A DNA stretch of 64,000 bases from an uncultured Gemmatimonadales bacterium (GCA_963816355.1 CAWFKH010000003.1:896001-960000); one strand, 5' to 3'; shown: positions 18,609 through 29,207, counted from the stretch's first letter. Numbers and translations are program-made. The notes: generated from the sequence alone by a model not told the origin.

Positions 18609-20462
18609 TTACGGGCCGGCGTCGGGACGGCGGCCATAGGCGCGCTCGGCGCGGCCCGCGGCCTCGAGGCGCAGCGTGTGGGCGGAGAGGAGGTCGCTGC
18701 GGGTGACGATGCCGGTGAGGTGGGAGGGCCGGTCGCGGCGCACGACGGGGAGGCGTCCGACGCCCGCGCGGACCATGAGGTCGGCGGCCTCGCGGAGGGT
18801 GCTGTCCTCGTAGGCGATGGCGGGCGGCCGGCGGACCAGCTCACGGATGGTGGCGACGCCGTCGCTCTCCAGGATGTCCCTGCGGGTGACGACGCCGACG
18901 AGCTGCTCCCGGGCGTCGAGGACGGGAAAGCCCTGGTGCGCGGCCGCGTCGGCGTCGCGGGTGAGCCACTGGCGGACGGTCTGGACGGGCACGGAGGCGC
19001 TCAGGGTGGTGACGTCGCGGGTGGCGACGGCAGCGACGAGCACCTGTGAGAAGAAGTCGGCGGCGTAGTCGGTGCGCACGTGCATGCCGCGGCGGGCCAG
19101 CTTCTCGGTCATGATGGAGCTGGACATGAGGAGCATGGAGACGCCGTAGGCGACGGCGGAGCCGGCGAGGATGGGGAGCAGGGCCATGGGCTGGCGGGTG
19201 GTTTCGAAGGCGAAGACGACGGAGGCCAGCAGGGCGTGGGAGGCGCCGGCGAACATGGCGGCCATGCCGACGAGCGCCGCGGCGTGGGGATCGAGGCCGA
19301 GCCCCGGCAACAGCCGGGCTCCGAGCTCGCCCAGCAGTCCGCCCAGGCCGCCGCCGATGATGAACAGCGGGGCGAGCGTGCCACCGGAGGTGCCGCTGCC
19401 GAGGTAAATGGCCCAGGAGACGAACTTCAGAGCGACCAGCAGGAAGAGGGCGCGGCCCACCAGGCGGCCATCGATGATGGCCTCGATGTGGGCGTAGCCG
19501 ACGCCGAGGGTGCGGGGCTCGATGTAGCCGATGACGCCCACGGCGACGGCGCCGAAGGCGGGCCACCACATCCAGTGGACGGGCAGCCGCTCGAACGCGT
19601 CCTCGACGCCGTAGACGGCGCGCGTGACCCCCACGGCGGCGAGGCCGAGCAGGACGCCCACGCCGGCGTAGCCGGTGAGCCCCGTCCAGTCCGGCGCCGC
19701 GAGCGTGGGGACGTGGAAGATGGGCTCGTTCCCGAAGAAGGCGATGCGCACCACGGTCGCGGTGGCGGAGGCCAGCGCGACGGGCACGAGGGAGCGGGCG
19801 CGGTACTCGAAGAGCAGCAGCTCGACGGCGAGCAGGACCGCGGAGACGGGGCTGCCGAAGGTGGCGGCCATGCCGGCGGCCGCGCCGGCGGCCAGCAGCG
19901 TCTTGCGCTCGTCGGCGGTGATGCGCAGCGCCTGCCCGACCACCGAGCCCAGCGCGCCGCCCGTGGCGATGATGGGCCCCTCGGCTCCGAAGGGGCCGCC
20001 GGTGCCGATGGCGATGGCGGAGGAGAGCGGCTTGAGGAACATGACGCGGGCCGAGATGCGGCTGCCGGCCAGCAGCACGCGCTCCATGACCTCGGGGATC
20101 CCGTGGCCGCGGATGGCCGCGCTGCCGTAGCGCGCCATGACGCCGATGACGAGCGCTCCCGCCACGGGGACCAGGATGCTCCACGCACCGAGTCGGCTGA
20201 TGTCCGGTGCGACGAAGTTCGTGGAGAGGCGGCCGAGGTAGGCGAGATTGGTGATGAGCCCGATGAGCCGGATGAGCCCCACCGCGACCAAGCCGGCCGC
20301 CGCGGCTACCGCCACCGCCACCGCCGAGATGAATACGACCCGCGGCTCGAGCGCCGCGCTCTCCGCCGGTGCCTGCACGGACGCCAGCGCGGGCTCCATG
20401 GACGGCGCGACGGGCAGCGCGTCGGCAGCGGCCCGGCGCGCGGGGTTCTCTTCGGGGCTCAT
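18609..20462 (-). CDS. ClC chloride channel / H+ antiporter with CBS pair
   Basis: GHGIPE, GAEGP, GGTLAP; two C-terminal CBS domains. Confidence 0.95.
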   Translation of the reverse strand: MSPEENPARRAAADALPVAPSMEPALASVQAPAESAALEPRVVFISAVAVAVAAAAGLVAVGLIRLIGLITNLAYLGRLSTNFVAPDISRLGAWSILVPVAGALVIGVMARYGSAAIRGHGIPEVMERVLLAGSRISARVMFLKPLSSAIAIGTGGPFGAEGPIIATGGALGSVVGQALRITADERKTLLAAGAAAGMAATFGSPVSAVLLAVELLLFEYRARSLVPVALASATATVVRIAFFGNEPIFHVPTLAAPDWTGLTGYAGVGVLLGLAAVGVTRAVYGVEDAFERLPVHWMWWPAFGAVAVGVIGYIEPRTLGVGYAHIEAIIDGRLVGRALFLLVALKFVSWAIYLGSGTSGGTLAPLFIIGGGLGGLLGELGARLLPGLGLDPHAAALVGMAAMFAGASHALLASVVFAFETTRQPMALLPILAGSAVAYGVSMLLMSSSIMTEKLARRGMHVRTDYAADFFSQVLVAAVATRDVTTLSASVPVQTVRQWLTRDADAAAHQGFPVLDAREQLVGVVTRRDILESDGVATIRELVRRPPAIAYEDSTLREAADLMVRAGVGRLPVVRRDRPSHLTGIVTRSDLLSAHTLRLEAAGRAERAYGRRPDAGP

Positions 20463-20508
20463 GCTTCGGTTCTGCTCGTGCGCGGGAGGATTTCCGACGT
20501 CCAGGTGC

Positions 20509-20860
20509 AGATTGTCCGGCGAATGGTATCGCATCCCGCGGCGCCCCGTCCAGACGACTCGAGACCGTGGACCCCGGTAGGACGCAGCCGTGCCCGGCCT
20601 CGGAATCCACCCCCTGGAGATGCGGATTGGCGCGCGCTACGCGCCCGTGCGCGACATACTGCTGCGGCTGAGCACCAACGTCGTGGGTCCGTACACGCCG
20701 TTCGACGAGCCGGGCGTGGTGCTGGATCCGTACGCGCTGCTGCACGCCTCCCCAGCCGTGACCTACGGCGACGTGCGCGTGCTGGTCGGCATCCGCAACC
20801 TCCTCGACCGAACGTACCCAGCGCTGCGCGCCGGGGGCTTCGTCTCCCCCGGCCAGCCGT
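20509..20860 (+). pseudogene. Remnant of a second TonB-dependent receptor (C-terminal strands)
   Basis: RLSGEWYRI, then VVGPYTPFDEPG...VGIRNLLDRTYPALRAGGFVSPGQP; stops before the last beta-strand. Confidence 0.6.
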
Positions 20861-20918
20861 GGCGTCCGGCCGCGCTTCGGGACGCGCTGAAGCGTCGTCG
20901 CCCGTTCAGCGTCTCGCG

Positions 20919-22994
20919 TCAATTCAGGCGGAGCTGGACGCGCACCGTGCGGCCGGGCTGTGGCAGGCCGCACTGGTCGTAGGCGACGCCGTCCGTCACG
21001 TTCTCGAGCGCGAGGAGCCCGGCGAGCCTGCGAAACGCCCCGCCGCCGAGCGACACCGTGCGGCGCAGCTCGGCGTTCCAGCGGGTGCTGGCGCCCAGGC
21101 GCTGCATCCCTTCGCGGTTCGGATGTACGCAGTACTGTGCGCCGACGTGCCTCGCTTCCAGCCCGCCGAGGAGGCCGAACGCGATCGGCGCCTCCGCGGT
21201 CGCTCCCGCGGTGAAGCGGGGCTGATACTCGACGTGCTGGCCCGCGGCCGCGCCGACCAGGCGCACGCGCTGCAGCGTCCCATCGGCGCTCATCGACAGC
21301 CGCGGCCCGCCATACAGCGCGAGCAGCTCGAGCCCGGCCGCGCGGATCTCGTCCTGGTTGACGCGCTTGAATCTGCTCGCCCCATCGGCGTCGACGCGCG
21401 TGCGCGCGATGGCGCCCGACAGACGGTGGGCGTACGCGACAGCCTGCAGCTCCGCGCGCTCGAGCCGCGCCGTGAAGCCGGCCTCGAGCGCCGTCAGCAC
21501 TTCGGCCTCGAGCGCGGGGTTCGGCTCGAACCGGCCGAGGGCGCCCGAGTACAGCTCGCGCAGCGAAGGAAAGCGCGCCCGCCGGCTGGCGGCCGCGTGC
21601 GCCATCCACGACCCGCCGAGCAGCGCGCTCGCGCCCGCGCGGGCGCCCCAGTCGCGTAACGCGCCGAGCGGCGGCTTGTCGCCGCTCAGCGGCGTGTCCG
21701 CGCCGTCCACGGCCAAGCCGAAGCTCGCCCGGATCTGGCGCGTCGCGCGCAGCTCCGCCTCGCCGCCGACGCTCCAGAGCCGCTGGCGATACGCGCCGCC
21801 GCCGGAGTGGAGCAGCGTCTCGTCGTGCCGCACGTCCGCGAAGGTCGCGGCCGCGCGCAACGCCGCCGCACCGAAGGTGCGCTCGCCCAGCAGCCGCGCA
21901 GTCAGCGTACGGTCGCTGTCCGACTCGCCCTCCACCACGTCCCGGTATTCGGCCGAGTCGTAGGCATCGATGACGGTCCGGCCCACGTCCGCGCCGAGGC
22001 TCAGCGTGGCCGCGCCGTCGAGCGCCGTGCCGGCTCCAAGCGTGGCAACCGTGAGCAGGCGCCGCTGCTCCCGGTAGCGCCAGAAGCGCGGATCGCTGAC
22101 GTGCGCCTCGGGCGGCACGCCGCGCTCCGCCGTGAAGCCGGATGCCATGAACGACAGCCGCGGGCCCTCCGTGCCGCCGTAGCGGGCGGAGATGAAGCCG
22201 TCGAAGCGCTCCGCGTCGCTGTTCAGCCGCAGACCATTCGGGCCCTCGAGCAGCGCGCGCTGCGCCGTACCGCACGGGTCACCCTCACCCGCGGCGCACG
22301 GTTCGATCGGGACGTCGGGCAGCGGCACGCCGGGGCGGCCCTTGTGGCCGAGCCCGGCCCGGAAGCGGAGCATGCCCGACAGCGCCGTGCCGCCGCCGGA
22401 CCCGCTGGCGCTGCGGCCGCCGACGTCGTCCACGGATGCGGCGGCCGACGACGCGATCCGGCCCTCGACATCCCCGCGCGCGACCTCCACTTCGATCAAC
22501 CCGGCGAGGACGTTCGGTCCGGCGAGCACGGAGGGCAGGCCGCGCACGAGGCGGAGCTGGCGCGCGGCCGTGAGCGGCACGATGGACAGGTCCGTGCGGT
22601 GGTCCCAGCCGAGCGTGATCGGCACGCCGTCCACCAGAATCGCGATCTGCCTCTCGCCCGACCCGCGCAGCGCCGGCTGCGTCTCGCCGCGCGAGTTCGC
22701 GCGCACCTGCACCAGCGGAAAGGCTCGCAACGCCTGCTCGAGCGTCGGCGCCGGCGGCACCTCGAGCGAGTCGAGGTCCGCCTCGACGGCGCTGACCCCG
22801 CCCGTCGACGTCGGCCGCGCCACCTGCACGACCAGGCCCTCGACCGAAAAGATGGGCGCGCCCGCCGTATCGGCGCGCGCACGCCTCAGCGAGTCCGGCG
22901 TCTGCGCGTCGGCATCGGCGCCGAGCCCGAAAACCGCCGCGCCGGCCGCTGCCACGGTTCGCAGCGTGCGGCGCAGGTGCGAAGCTCCTGCCAT
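20919..22994 (-). CDS. TonB-dependent receptor
   Basis: ATG behind AAGGAG; signal peptide; plug motifs (NSRGE, ILVDGVP, LVRG..SVLAG); RFPSLRELY, NPALEAE, ENVTD, PGRTVRVQLRLN. Confidence 0.92.
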   Translation of the reverse strand: MAGASHLRRTLRTVAAAGAAVFGLGADADAQTPDSLRRARADTAGAPIFSVEGLVVQVARPTSTGGVSAVEADLDSLEVPPAPTLEQALRAFPLVQVRANSRGETQPALRGSGERQIAILVDGVPITLGWDHRTDLSIVPLTAARQLRLVRGLPSVLAGPNVLAGLIEVEVARGDVEGRIASSAAASVDDVGGRSASGSGGGTALSGMLRFRAGLGHKGRPGVPLPDVPIEPCAAGEGDPCGTAQRALLEGPNGLRLNSDAERFDGFISARYGGTEGPRLSFMASGFTAERGVPPEAHVSDPRFWRYREQRRLLTVATLGAGTALDGAATLSLGADVGRTVIDAYDSAEYRDVVEGESDSDRTLTARLLGERTFGAAALRAAATFADVRHDETLLHSGGGAYRQRLWSVGGEAELRATRQIRASFGLAVDGADTPLSGDKPPLGALRDWGARAGASALLGGSWMAHAAASRRARFPSLRELYSGALGRFEPNPALEAEVLTALEAGFTARLERAELQAVAYAHRLSGAIARTRVDADGASRFKRVNQDEIRAAGLELLALYGGPRLSMSADGTLQRVRLVGAAAGQHVEYQPRFTAGATAEAPIAFGLLGGLEARHVGAQYCVHPNREGMQRLGASTRWNAELRRTVSLGGGAFRRLAGLLALENVTDGVAYDQCGLPQPGRTVRVQLRLN

Positions 22995-23006
22995 TGGCTC
23001 CTTACC

Positions 23007-23898
23007 TGAGGAAGTGGAACGGACGGACGCCGGCATCGTGGTCGTCGACTTCTTTCGCACGCTGGTCGGGATCGTGGCGGCGAGCCCCGACGCCCCAGCC
23101 GAACTGCCCGGCGTCCTGCAGCGGCTCGCGATGCACCTTACCACCTGGCAGGTGACGTCGTTCCTGGTGGGGGAGTACGAGGAGGGGGACAAAAGGGGAA
23201 TCCGGTCTTCACCATCGCGGACACGATCCTCTGGCTCGAGCAGGCCGTCGACAACAACTCGGTCGTTCGCAAGCTGCAGGTCGTGAAAGTCCGGGGGCAG
23301 GCGCCGATGCCGGGATTCCACTCGGTGCTGGTCACCGGCCCGTCGGGCTCGGGCAAATCCGTGCTCGCCACACAGTTCATGGCCGAAGGCGCGAAGCAGG
23401 GCGAGGCGGGAGTGCTCGTCGTCTTCGAAGAACATCCAAAAGAGTACGCCGGACGAGACCCTGCACGAGATCCGGGAAGCCGTGACGCGCGTGGGGGCCA
23501 GGCGCGTGGTCATCGATTCGATGTCGGGCTTCGAACTCGCCCTCGCCCCCACCTTCCGGGCGGACTTTCGCGAGTCGCTCTACCGGCTCGTCGGTGCCCT
23601 CACCGGCGTCGGGATCGCTGTGCTGACCACCATGGAGGTCGCCCAGGGGCAGGACGAGCTCCGGTTCACCCCCAACGTGATCTCCTTCCTCGCCGACGAC
23701 CTCATCTCACTCCGCTACGTCGAGGTGGACAGGGCGCTCAAGAAGGTCGCGGCCATAGTGAAGATGCGCGGGAGCCAGCACAGCAAGGCGTATAGGGAAT
23801 ACGAAATCACAGAGACCGGCTTCGTCGTCGGTGGAGATCTGGACGGATACACTGGCCGCATCAGCGGGGCCGTAACGCTCACCCGCGAGGGCGAATGA
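23007..23898 (+). pseudogene. KaiC/RAD55-like double ATPase remnant with 5' truncation, a frameshift and two internal deletions
   Basis: IVVVDFFRT...LQRLAMHLTTWQ; frameshift near 23195 to NPVFTIAD...RKLQVVKVRGQAPMPGFH, joined directly to SVLVTGPSGSGKS...FEEHPKEY, then to DETLHEI...VVIDS...VKMRGSQHS. Confidence 0.85.
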
Positions 23899-24022
23899 CC
23901 TTCGCTCACCACTGATCTGTCGCCGCTCTCCTGCCAGGTGGGCACACCGCCGCAGTACCCGTACGTGCGCCCGTGCGCCCCGATCCACCCGGGAGAGCTC
24001 CGGACTCCGCCTTGCCGTCCAC

Positions 24023-24619
24023 TCAGCCGAGCCGCCCGACCATCGCCCGCACCGCGACCAGAAATTCGTCCATGTCGAAGTTCTGCGGGTCGACCATCGC
24101 CTGGACGGCGCAGCCGTGGATCCAGCTCACGGCGACGCCGGCGAGACCTTCCGCGGTGACCCCCGCCGAGGCCCACCCCTCCGTCTGGAGCAGCTCCGCC
24201 ATGGTCTCCCGGAACGCGCCGCGATAGCGTTCCAGCTCCGCGCCGATCCGCGCCCGGATCGCGGCGTGCTGGGCACCCAGTGCCCAGTACTCCAGGAACA
24301 GCCGCGTGTGCTCGGGCTGGCGAGCCAGCCGGGACATCTCCTGCTGCAACAGCGCGTGCAGCCGGTCGAGCGCTCGGGGGAAGTGCGCGATGTCCTCCGT
24401 GATGTGCAGGACCGACGTGGTCTCGATCAGCCAGTCGAGCAGCCCCCGCACCAGCCGGTCCTTGCGGCCGAAATGGAACAGCACCAGTCCGTGGCTGACC
24501 CCAGCCTCCGCCGCCACGGACCGGACGGTCAGGCGCCGGACTCCATCCCGGCAGGCCACGCGGAACGCCGCGGCCAGCAGCTGCGCGCGGCGGGTCTCCT
24601 CCGGCAGACGTCTCGGCAT
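24023..24619 (-). CDS. TetR-family regulator (BetI-like)
   Basis: RRAQLLAAAF...TVRSVAAEAGVSHGLVLFHFGRKD. Confidence 0.92.
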   Translation of the reverse strand: MPRRLPEETRRAQLLAAAFRVACRDGVRRLTVRSVAAEAGVSHGLVLFHFGRKDRLVRGLLDWLIETTSVLHITEDIAHFPRALDRLHALLQQEMSRLARQPEHTRLFLEYWALGAQHAAIRARIGAELERYRGAFRETMAELLQTEGWASAGVTAEGLAGVAVSWIHGCAVQAMVDPQNFDMDEFLVAVRAMVGRLG

Positions 24620-24671
24620 CCATGCTCCACGGTCCGGGATCGGCGGCCCCGCTCCGGCAACGCGCCGCTGT

Positions 24672-24691
24672 TATTGACCACATGTCCAGAA
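24672..24691. promoter_or_regulatory. Putative operator of the BetI-like TetR
   Basis: TATTGACCACATGTCCAGAA; 15/20 identical to the palindrome at 29208-29227. Confidence 0.5.
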
Positions 24692-24783
24692 CAGTGTATG
24701 TTATGTCGTGGCCGCGGGTCAAGACTCGGGCCGCAGCTGCTTTTCGACGTGCCCTCTCCTACTCGCCACGCGAAGGCTCCACG

Positions 24784-27700
24784 ATGGAGAGAACGAGCCA
24801 GAAGGATCGGCCCACCCGGCGAGGACGCGATCGGAGGGTGCCGATCGTGGCCATCGGCGCGTCCGCGGGCGGTCTGAAGGCGCTTCAGGATCTCGTCGGC
24901 GCGATCCCGGCCGACAGCGGCAGGGCGTATGTCGTGATCATGCACCTGGACCCGGATCGGGAGAGCCGGATCGCGGAGCTCCTTCAGGACCGTGCTTCCA
25001 TCCCGGTGTCGCAGGTCGGCAAGCCGACGGTGGTGGAAGCGGACCACATCTACGTCATCCCGCCGGACCGTGACCTGGAGATGGGCGATGGAGTGATCGG
25101 GGTGCGGGAGCGGGGCGAGCGCGCGGACCGGGCGCCGGTGGACCTGTTCTTCCGGACGCTGGCCGAGGCGTACGGTCCGGAGGCGGTCGGGGTGGTGCTG
25201 TCGGGCACGGGATCGGACGGGGCGGCGGGGGTGCGATCGATCCGGGAGGCAGGCGGGATCACGGTGGCGCAGTCGCCCGGCGAGGCGGATTACGAGGGGA
25301 TGCCGGCGAGCGCGATCGCCACGGGACTGGTCGACCTGATCCTGCCGTCGTCCCGGATTCCGACGGAGCTGCATCGCCTGGAGCGGCGGCCGCCGCCGGT
25401 CGTCTCGGCGGGAAATGGCGGGGACGTGGAGGAGGAACTGGCGCCGGTATTCGCGGCGCTGCGGGGGGGCACAGGCCACGATTTCAGCATGTACAAGCGG
25501 TCGACGTTGCTGCGCAGGCTGGAGCGTCGTCTGCTGTTCAACGGACTGGACACGCTGGCGGAATACGTGACGCTCTTGCGGTCCAGCCAGGCGGAGCGCC
25601 AGGCGCTGCTTCGGGACCTGCTCATCTCTGTGAGCTCGTTCTTCCGCGATCCCGAGGCGTTCGACGGGCTGGCGAAGGCGGTGCCCGGCCTGTTCGAGGG
25701 GAAGGGTCCGGCGGACACGGTGCGGATCTGGGTGGTGGGGTGCGCGTCGGCGGAGGAGGTCTATTCCATCGCCATGATCCTGGCGGAGCACGCGGCGACG
25801 CTGCTGGACCCGCCGGCGATCCAGATGTTCGCCACTGACATCGACGAGCGCGGGTACGCATGGGGCCGGGAAGGGCTGTACTCGTCGGCGGCGGTGGCGA
25901 GCGTGGAGCCGGAGCGGCTGCGGCGGTTCTTCACGAAAGAGCCGGGCGGGTACCGGGTCAGCAAGTCGCTGCGTGAGCTCGTGCTCTTCGCCGTGCACAA
26001 CGTTCTGCGGGATCCGCCGTTCGCGCGGATCGACCTCGTCAGCTGCCGGAATCTGTTCATCTACCTGCAGCCGGAGGCGCAGCAGCAGGCGCTCGAGACG
26101 CTGCATTATGCGCTGAACCCGGAGGGCCTCCTGTTCCTCGGTGCGTCCGAATCCGCGGGAGGGGACGGCCTCTTCACCGCCTTCGGGCCGCCGGTGCACC
26201 GGATCTTCCGCCGAAGCCTGGTACCGGGCCGGATGCCGCGATTGTCCGCGGTGGATCCGGTGGCACGCACGAGCGCGGGGACGGGTGCGGCCGCGGAGGA
26301 TCGGCCGGACGCGTTCTCCTATGGCGCCGTCCACATGCACATGCTGGAGGAGTATGCGGAGCCGAGCGCGGTCGTGGATGAGCGCTGGGAGGTGGTCCAT
26401 CTGTCGGCCGGCGTCGGCCGCTTCCTCCGTCTGCGGGAAGGGGAGCCGAGCCGTCGCATCCTGGACCTGACGACCGCCGACCTGCGGACGGCGCTGCGCA
26501 CCGGGCTGCACCAGGCGTTCACGAAGGGGACGGCCACGACGCGGGTGGTCCGATCGGACGGCGATGGGCAGGTTCGCGTTCGGGTCCGGCCGGGCTCTCC
26601 GAGCGGGATGGGAAGCCGATTCGCCCTGCTGCTCTTCGGGGACGTGGACGGCGCGCCGACGGCCGTTCCCGCCGAGGCAGACGCCGGTGCGGACCGGTCG
26701 GACGCCCGCGATCTGGAGGAGGAGCTGTGGCAGACGAGGGAGCAACTGGAGGCAACGAGCGCGTCCTACGACCACACGGTGGCCGAGCTCCAGGCGGTGA
26801 ACGAGGAGCTGCGATCCATCAACGAGGAGCAGAAGGCGGCCGCCGAGGAGCTGGAGACGAGCCGTGAGGAGATCCAGTCGATCAATGAAGAGCTGACGAC
26901 GATCAATCAGGAGCACCAGGGCACCATCGAGGAGCTAAAGCACACGAACGGGGACCTGCAGAACCTCATCGAGTCGACGGAGATCGGCACCATCTTCCTC
27001 GACCGCGCCATGCGGATCCGTCGCTTCACGCCCGCCGCGGCGGCGCTCTTCAATTTCGTCGTCACCGACCACGGCCGGCCCTTCGCCCACATCACGCACC
27101 GCCTGGCCTATCCCGATCTGGTGGCGGACGTGACGCATGTACTCGAGTCGCTGGAGCGGATCGAGCGGGAGGTGATCAGCGAGAGCGGCGCGTCCTACAT
27201 CGTCCGCATGAACCCTTACCGCTCCCTGGATGGGAAGGTCGACGGCGCCGTACTGACGTTCTTCGACCACACGGCCCGGCGTGCGATCGAGGATGAGCTG
27301 CGAGAGGCGAAGGCCGTGGCGGAAGCGGCGAGCAGCGCCAAGACCACGTTCATGGGCACGCTCTCGCACGAGCTCCGGACGCCGCTGAGCGCGATCCTGG
27401 GCTATGCCGAAATCCTCCAGATGGATGGGACGCTCAACGCGGAGCAGAACCACAGGGTGGACCGGATCCGGGCGGGCGCCGACCACCTGGCCGCGATGAT
27501 CGAGGGCCTCCTGAGCTTCACGCGTATGGACATGGGACGGGAAGCGGTGGATCGTCAGGAACTGGACGCCCGGGCGGTCATGAGGGAGGCGCACTCCCTC
27601 ATGGCGCCGATGGTGGCCGCCAAAGGGCTGACGTTCACCCTCGACGTGCCCGCGGAAGCCGTCCGGCTGAAGACCGACGTCGTGAAGGTGCGCCAGATCC

Positions 27701-28038
27701 TGATGAACCTGTGTGGAAACGCCGTCAAGTACACGGAGACCGGCGACGTCCGGTTCCGGTTGCACGCCGAGGGCGGGCGCCTCGTGTTCGAGGTGACGGA
27801 TACGGGGATCGGGATCGCGGCCGAGCACCACGAGCGGATCTTCGAGCGCTTCTGGCAGGTGGACGGAGGCCACACGCGGACGTCCGGCGGGCTGGGCGTG
27901 GGCCTCGCCGCCGTGCGGGAGTACAGTCGGCTGCTCGGTGGGGACGTGGAGGTGGAGAGCGAGCTGGGCAGCGGCAGTACCTTCCGTTTCTGGCTCCCCC
28001 GCCTGCGCAGAGAAGACGATGCACTCGAAGGGCCATGA
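24784..28038 (+). CDS. CheB-CheR-PAS-histidine kinase fusion protein
   Basis: CheB (GASAGG, VIMHL, GTGSDG); CheR (SSFFRD, ATDID, SCRNLFIY); coiled coil NEELRSINEE; SHELRTPL, NAVKYT, DTGIGI. Confidence 0.95.
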   Translation: MERTSQKDRPTRRGRDRRVPIVAIGASAGGLKALQDLVGAIPADSGRAYVVIMHLDPDRESRIAELLQDRASIPVSQVGKPTVVEADHIYVIPPDRDLEMGDGVIGVRERGERADRAPVDLFFRTLAEAYGPEAVGVVLSGTGSDGAAGVRSIREAGGITVAQSPGEADYEGMPASAIATGLVDLILPSSRIPTELHRLERRPPPVVSAGNGGDVEEELAPVFAALRGGTGHDFSMYKRSTLLRRLERRLLFNGLDTLAEYVTLLRSSQAERQALLRDLLISVSSFFRDPEAFDGLAKAVPGLFEGKGPADTVRIWVVGCASAEEVYSIAMILAEHAATLLDPPAIQMFATDIDERGYAWGREGLYSSAAVASVEPERLRRFFTKEPGGYRVSKSLRELVLFAVHNVLRDPPFARIDLVSCRNLFIYLQPEAQQQALETLHYALNPEGLLFLGASESAGGDGLFTAFGPPVHRIFRRSLVPGRMPRLSAVDPVARTSAGTGAAAEDRPDAFSYGAVHMHMLEEYAEPSAVVDERWEVVHLSAGVGRFLRLREGEPSRRILDLTTADLRTALRTGLHQAFTKGTATTRVVRSDGDGQVRVRVRPGSPSGMGSRFALLLFGDVDGAPTAVPAEADAGADRSDARDLEEELWQTREQLEATSASYDHTVAELQAVNEELRSINEEQKAAAEELETSREEIQSINEELTTINQEHQGTIEELKHTNGDLQNLIESTEIGTIFLDRAMRIRRFTPAAAALFNFVVTDHGRPFAHITHRLAYPDLVADVTHVLESLERIEREVISESGASYIVRMNPYRSLDGKVDGAVLTFFDHTARRAIEDELREAKAVAEAASSAKTTFMGTLSHELRTPLSAILGYAEILQMDGTLNAEQNHRVDRIRAGADHLAAMIEGLLSFTRMDMGREAVDRQELDARAVMREAHSLMAPMVAAKGLTFTLDVPAEAVRLKTDVVKVRQILMNLCGNAVKYTETGDVRFRLHAEGGRLVFEVTDTGIGIAAEHHERIFERFWQVDGGHTRTSGGLGVGLAAVREYSRLLGGDVEVESELGSGSTFRFWLPRLRREDDALEGP

Positions 28039-29135
28039 CCGCCTCCGATCTCCGGCTCCGGAAGCTCGAGACCTTCACGTTCCTCGCCGTCGTCCTCCTG
28101 GCGACGGGCCTCTTCTTCTGGGTGATCCACCCGTTCTTCTCGCCGCTGTTCTGGGCGGCGGTCTTCGCCCTCCTCTTCCAGCGAATGCACGCCCGCCTGC
28201 TTCGGGCCTTTCGCGGCCGGCGGGCCGCCGCAGCGCTTGTCGCGACGCTGGCGACGGTCCTGTTCGTCGTGCTCCCCTTCGCCGCCGTCGTCGCCGCCCT
28301 CGCCCGGCAGGGGCTGCTGCTGTATCAGGGGCTCGCTTCCGGCGAGATCAGCGTGCAAGCGCCGATCGACCTCATGGAGCGGTGGCTGCCGGCGGTGGGG
28401 CGGCTTCTCGAGCGCTACGGGATCGACGCGGAGCAGCTCCGGATCTCCCTGCAGCAGGTGGCGGCGCGGGTCACGGAGTCCGTTGCCAGGTGGGCCCTCG
28501 CCGCCGGGCAGAACGTGATGCTGCTCGCACTCCTGTTCGGGCTCATGCTCTACGTGCTGTTCTTCTTCTTCCGGGACGGCGAGCGCATCGTGGACCATGT
28601 CATGCGGGTCCTCCCCCTGGGCGAGGAACGCAAGCAACGGCTGCTCCGGAAATTCGCCGAGGTCGCGCGGGCGACCGTAAAGGGGACGCTGATCGTCGCA
28701 GTGGTGCAGGGGGGTCTGGGCGCCATCCTGTTCGCCGTCGTCGGCATCCAGACCGCGGTGTTCTGGGGCGCCATCATGGCCGTGCTTTCGCTGCTGCCCG
28801 CCGTGGGCGCCGGCCTCGTCTGGCTGCCGGCGGCCGTGATCCTCTTCGCGGGGGGCCAGGTGTGGCAGGGCCTTTTCGTGCTGCTCGGCGGCGTGTTCGT
28901 GATCGGCCTCGTCGACAACGTGCTGAGGCCCATCGTCGTCGGTCGCGACACCAAGACGCCCGATTACCTGATCCTCTTCTCCACGCTCGGCGGGATCGCG
29001 GCCTTCGGGGTCGCGGGCTTCGTCGCCGGCCCCGTGATCGCCGCGCTATTCCTGGTGCTTTGGGACATGTTCGGCGAGGAGTACGCGCAGAGGACGCTGC
29101 TCGCCGGGCCACCCGATGCGGGACCGGAAGGCTGA
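28035..29135 (+). CDS. AI-2E family transporter
   Basis: FFFFRDG, KGTLIVAVVQG, DNVLRP, STLGG, GFVAGPVI. Confidence 0.93.
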   Translation: MTASDLRLRKLETFTFLAVVLLATGLFFWVIHPFFSPLFWAAVFALLFQRMHARLLRAFRGRRAAAALVATLATVLFVVLPFAAVVAALARQGLLLYQGLASGEISVQAPIDLMERWLPAVGRLLERYGIDAEQLRISLQQVAARVTESVARWALAAGQNVMLLALLFGLMLYVLFFFFRDGERIVDHVMRVLPLGEERKQRLLRKFAEVARATVKGTLIVAVVQGGLGAILFAVVGIQTAVFWGAIMAVLSLLPAVGAGLVWLPAAVILFAGGQVWQGLFVLLGGVFVIGLVDNVLRPIVVGRDTKTPDYLILFSTLGGIAAFGVAGFVAGPVIAALFLVLWDMFGEEYAQRTLLAGPPDAGPEG

Positions 29136-29207
29136 GCGGCGCGCGGCAGCGGACGCGCATCTCAGCGGACTGCACGCCGGTCCGAACGCGCCGACGAGAG
29201 GCGCAGC

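Noticed and set aside
18841..22275. 1144-aa ORF and similar long Arg/Gly/Ala-rich ORFs (for example 44276-47188, 50319-53309, 53544-56039)
   Set aside because: They are alternative-frame or antisense shadows of real genes in high-GC DNA.
23007..23898. Functional circadian kaiC
   Set aside because: Truncated, frameshifted and deleted, with no kaiA or kaiB; it is a KaiC-like signalling ATPase remnant.
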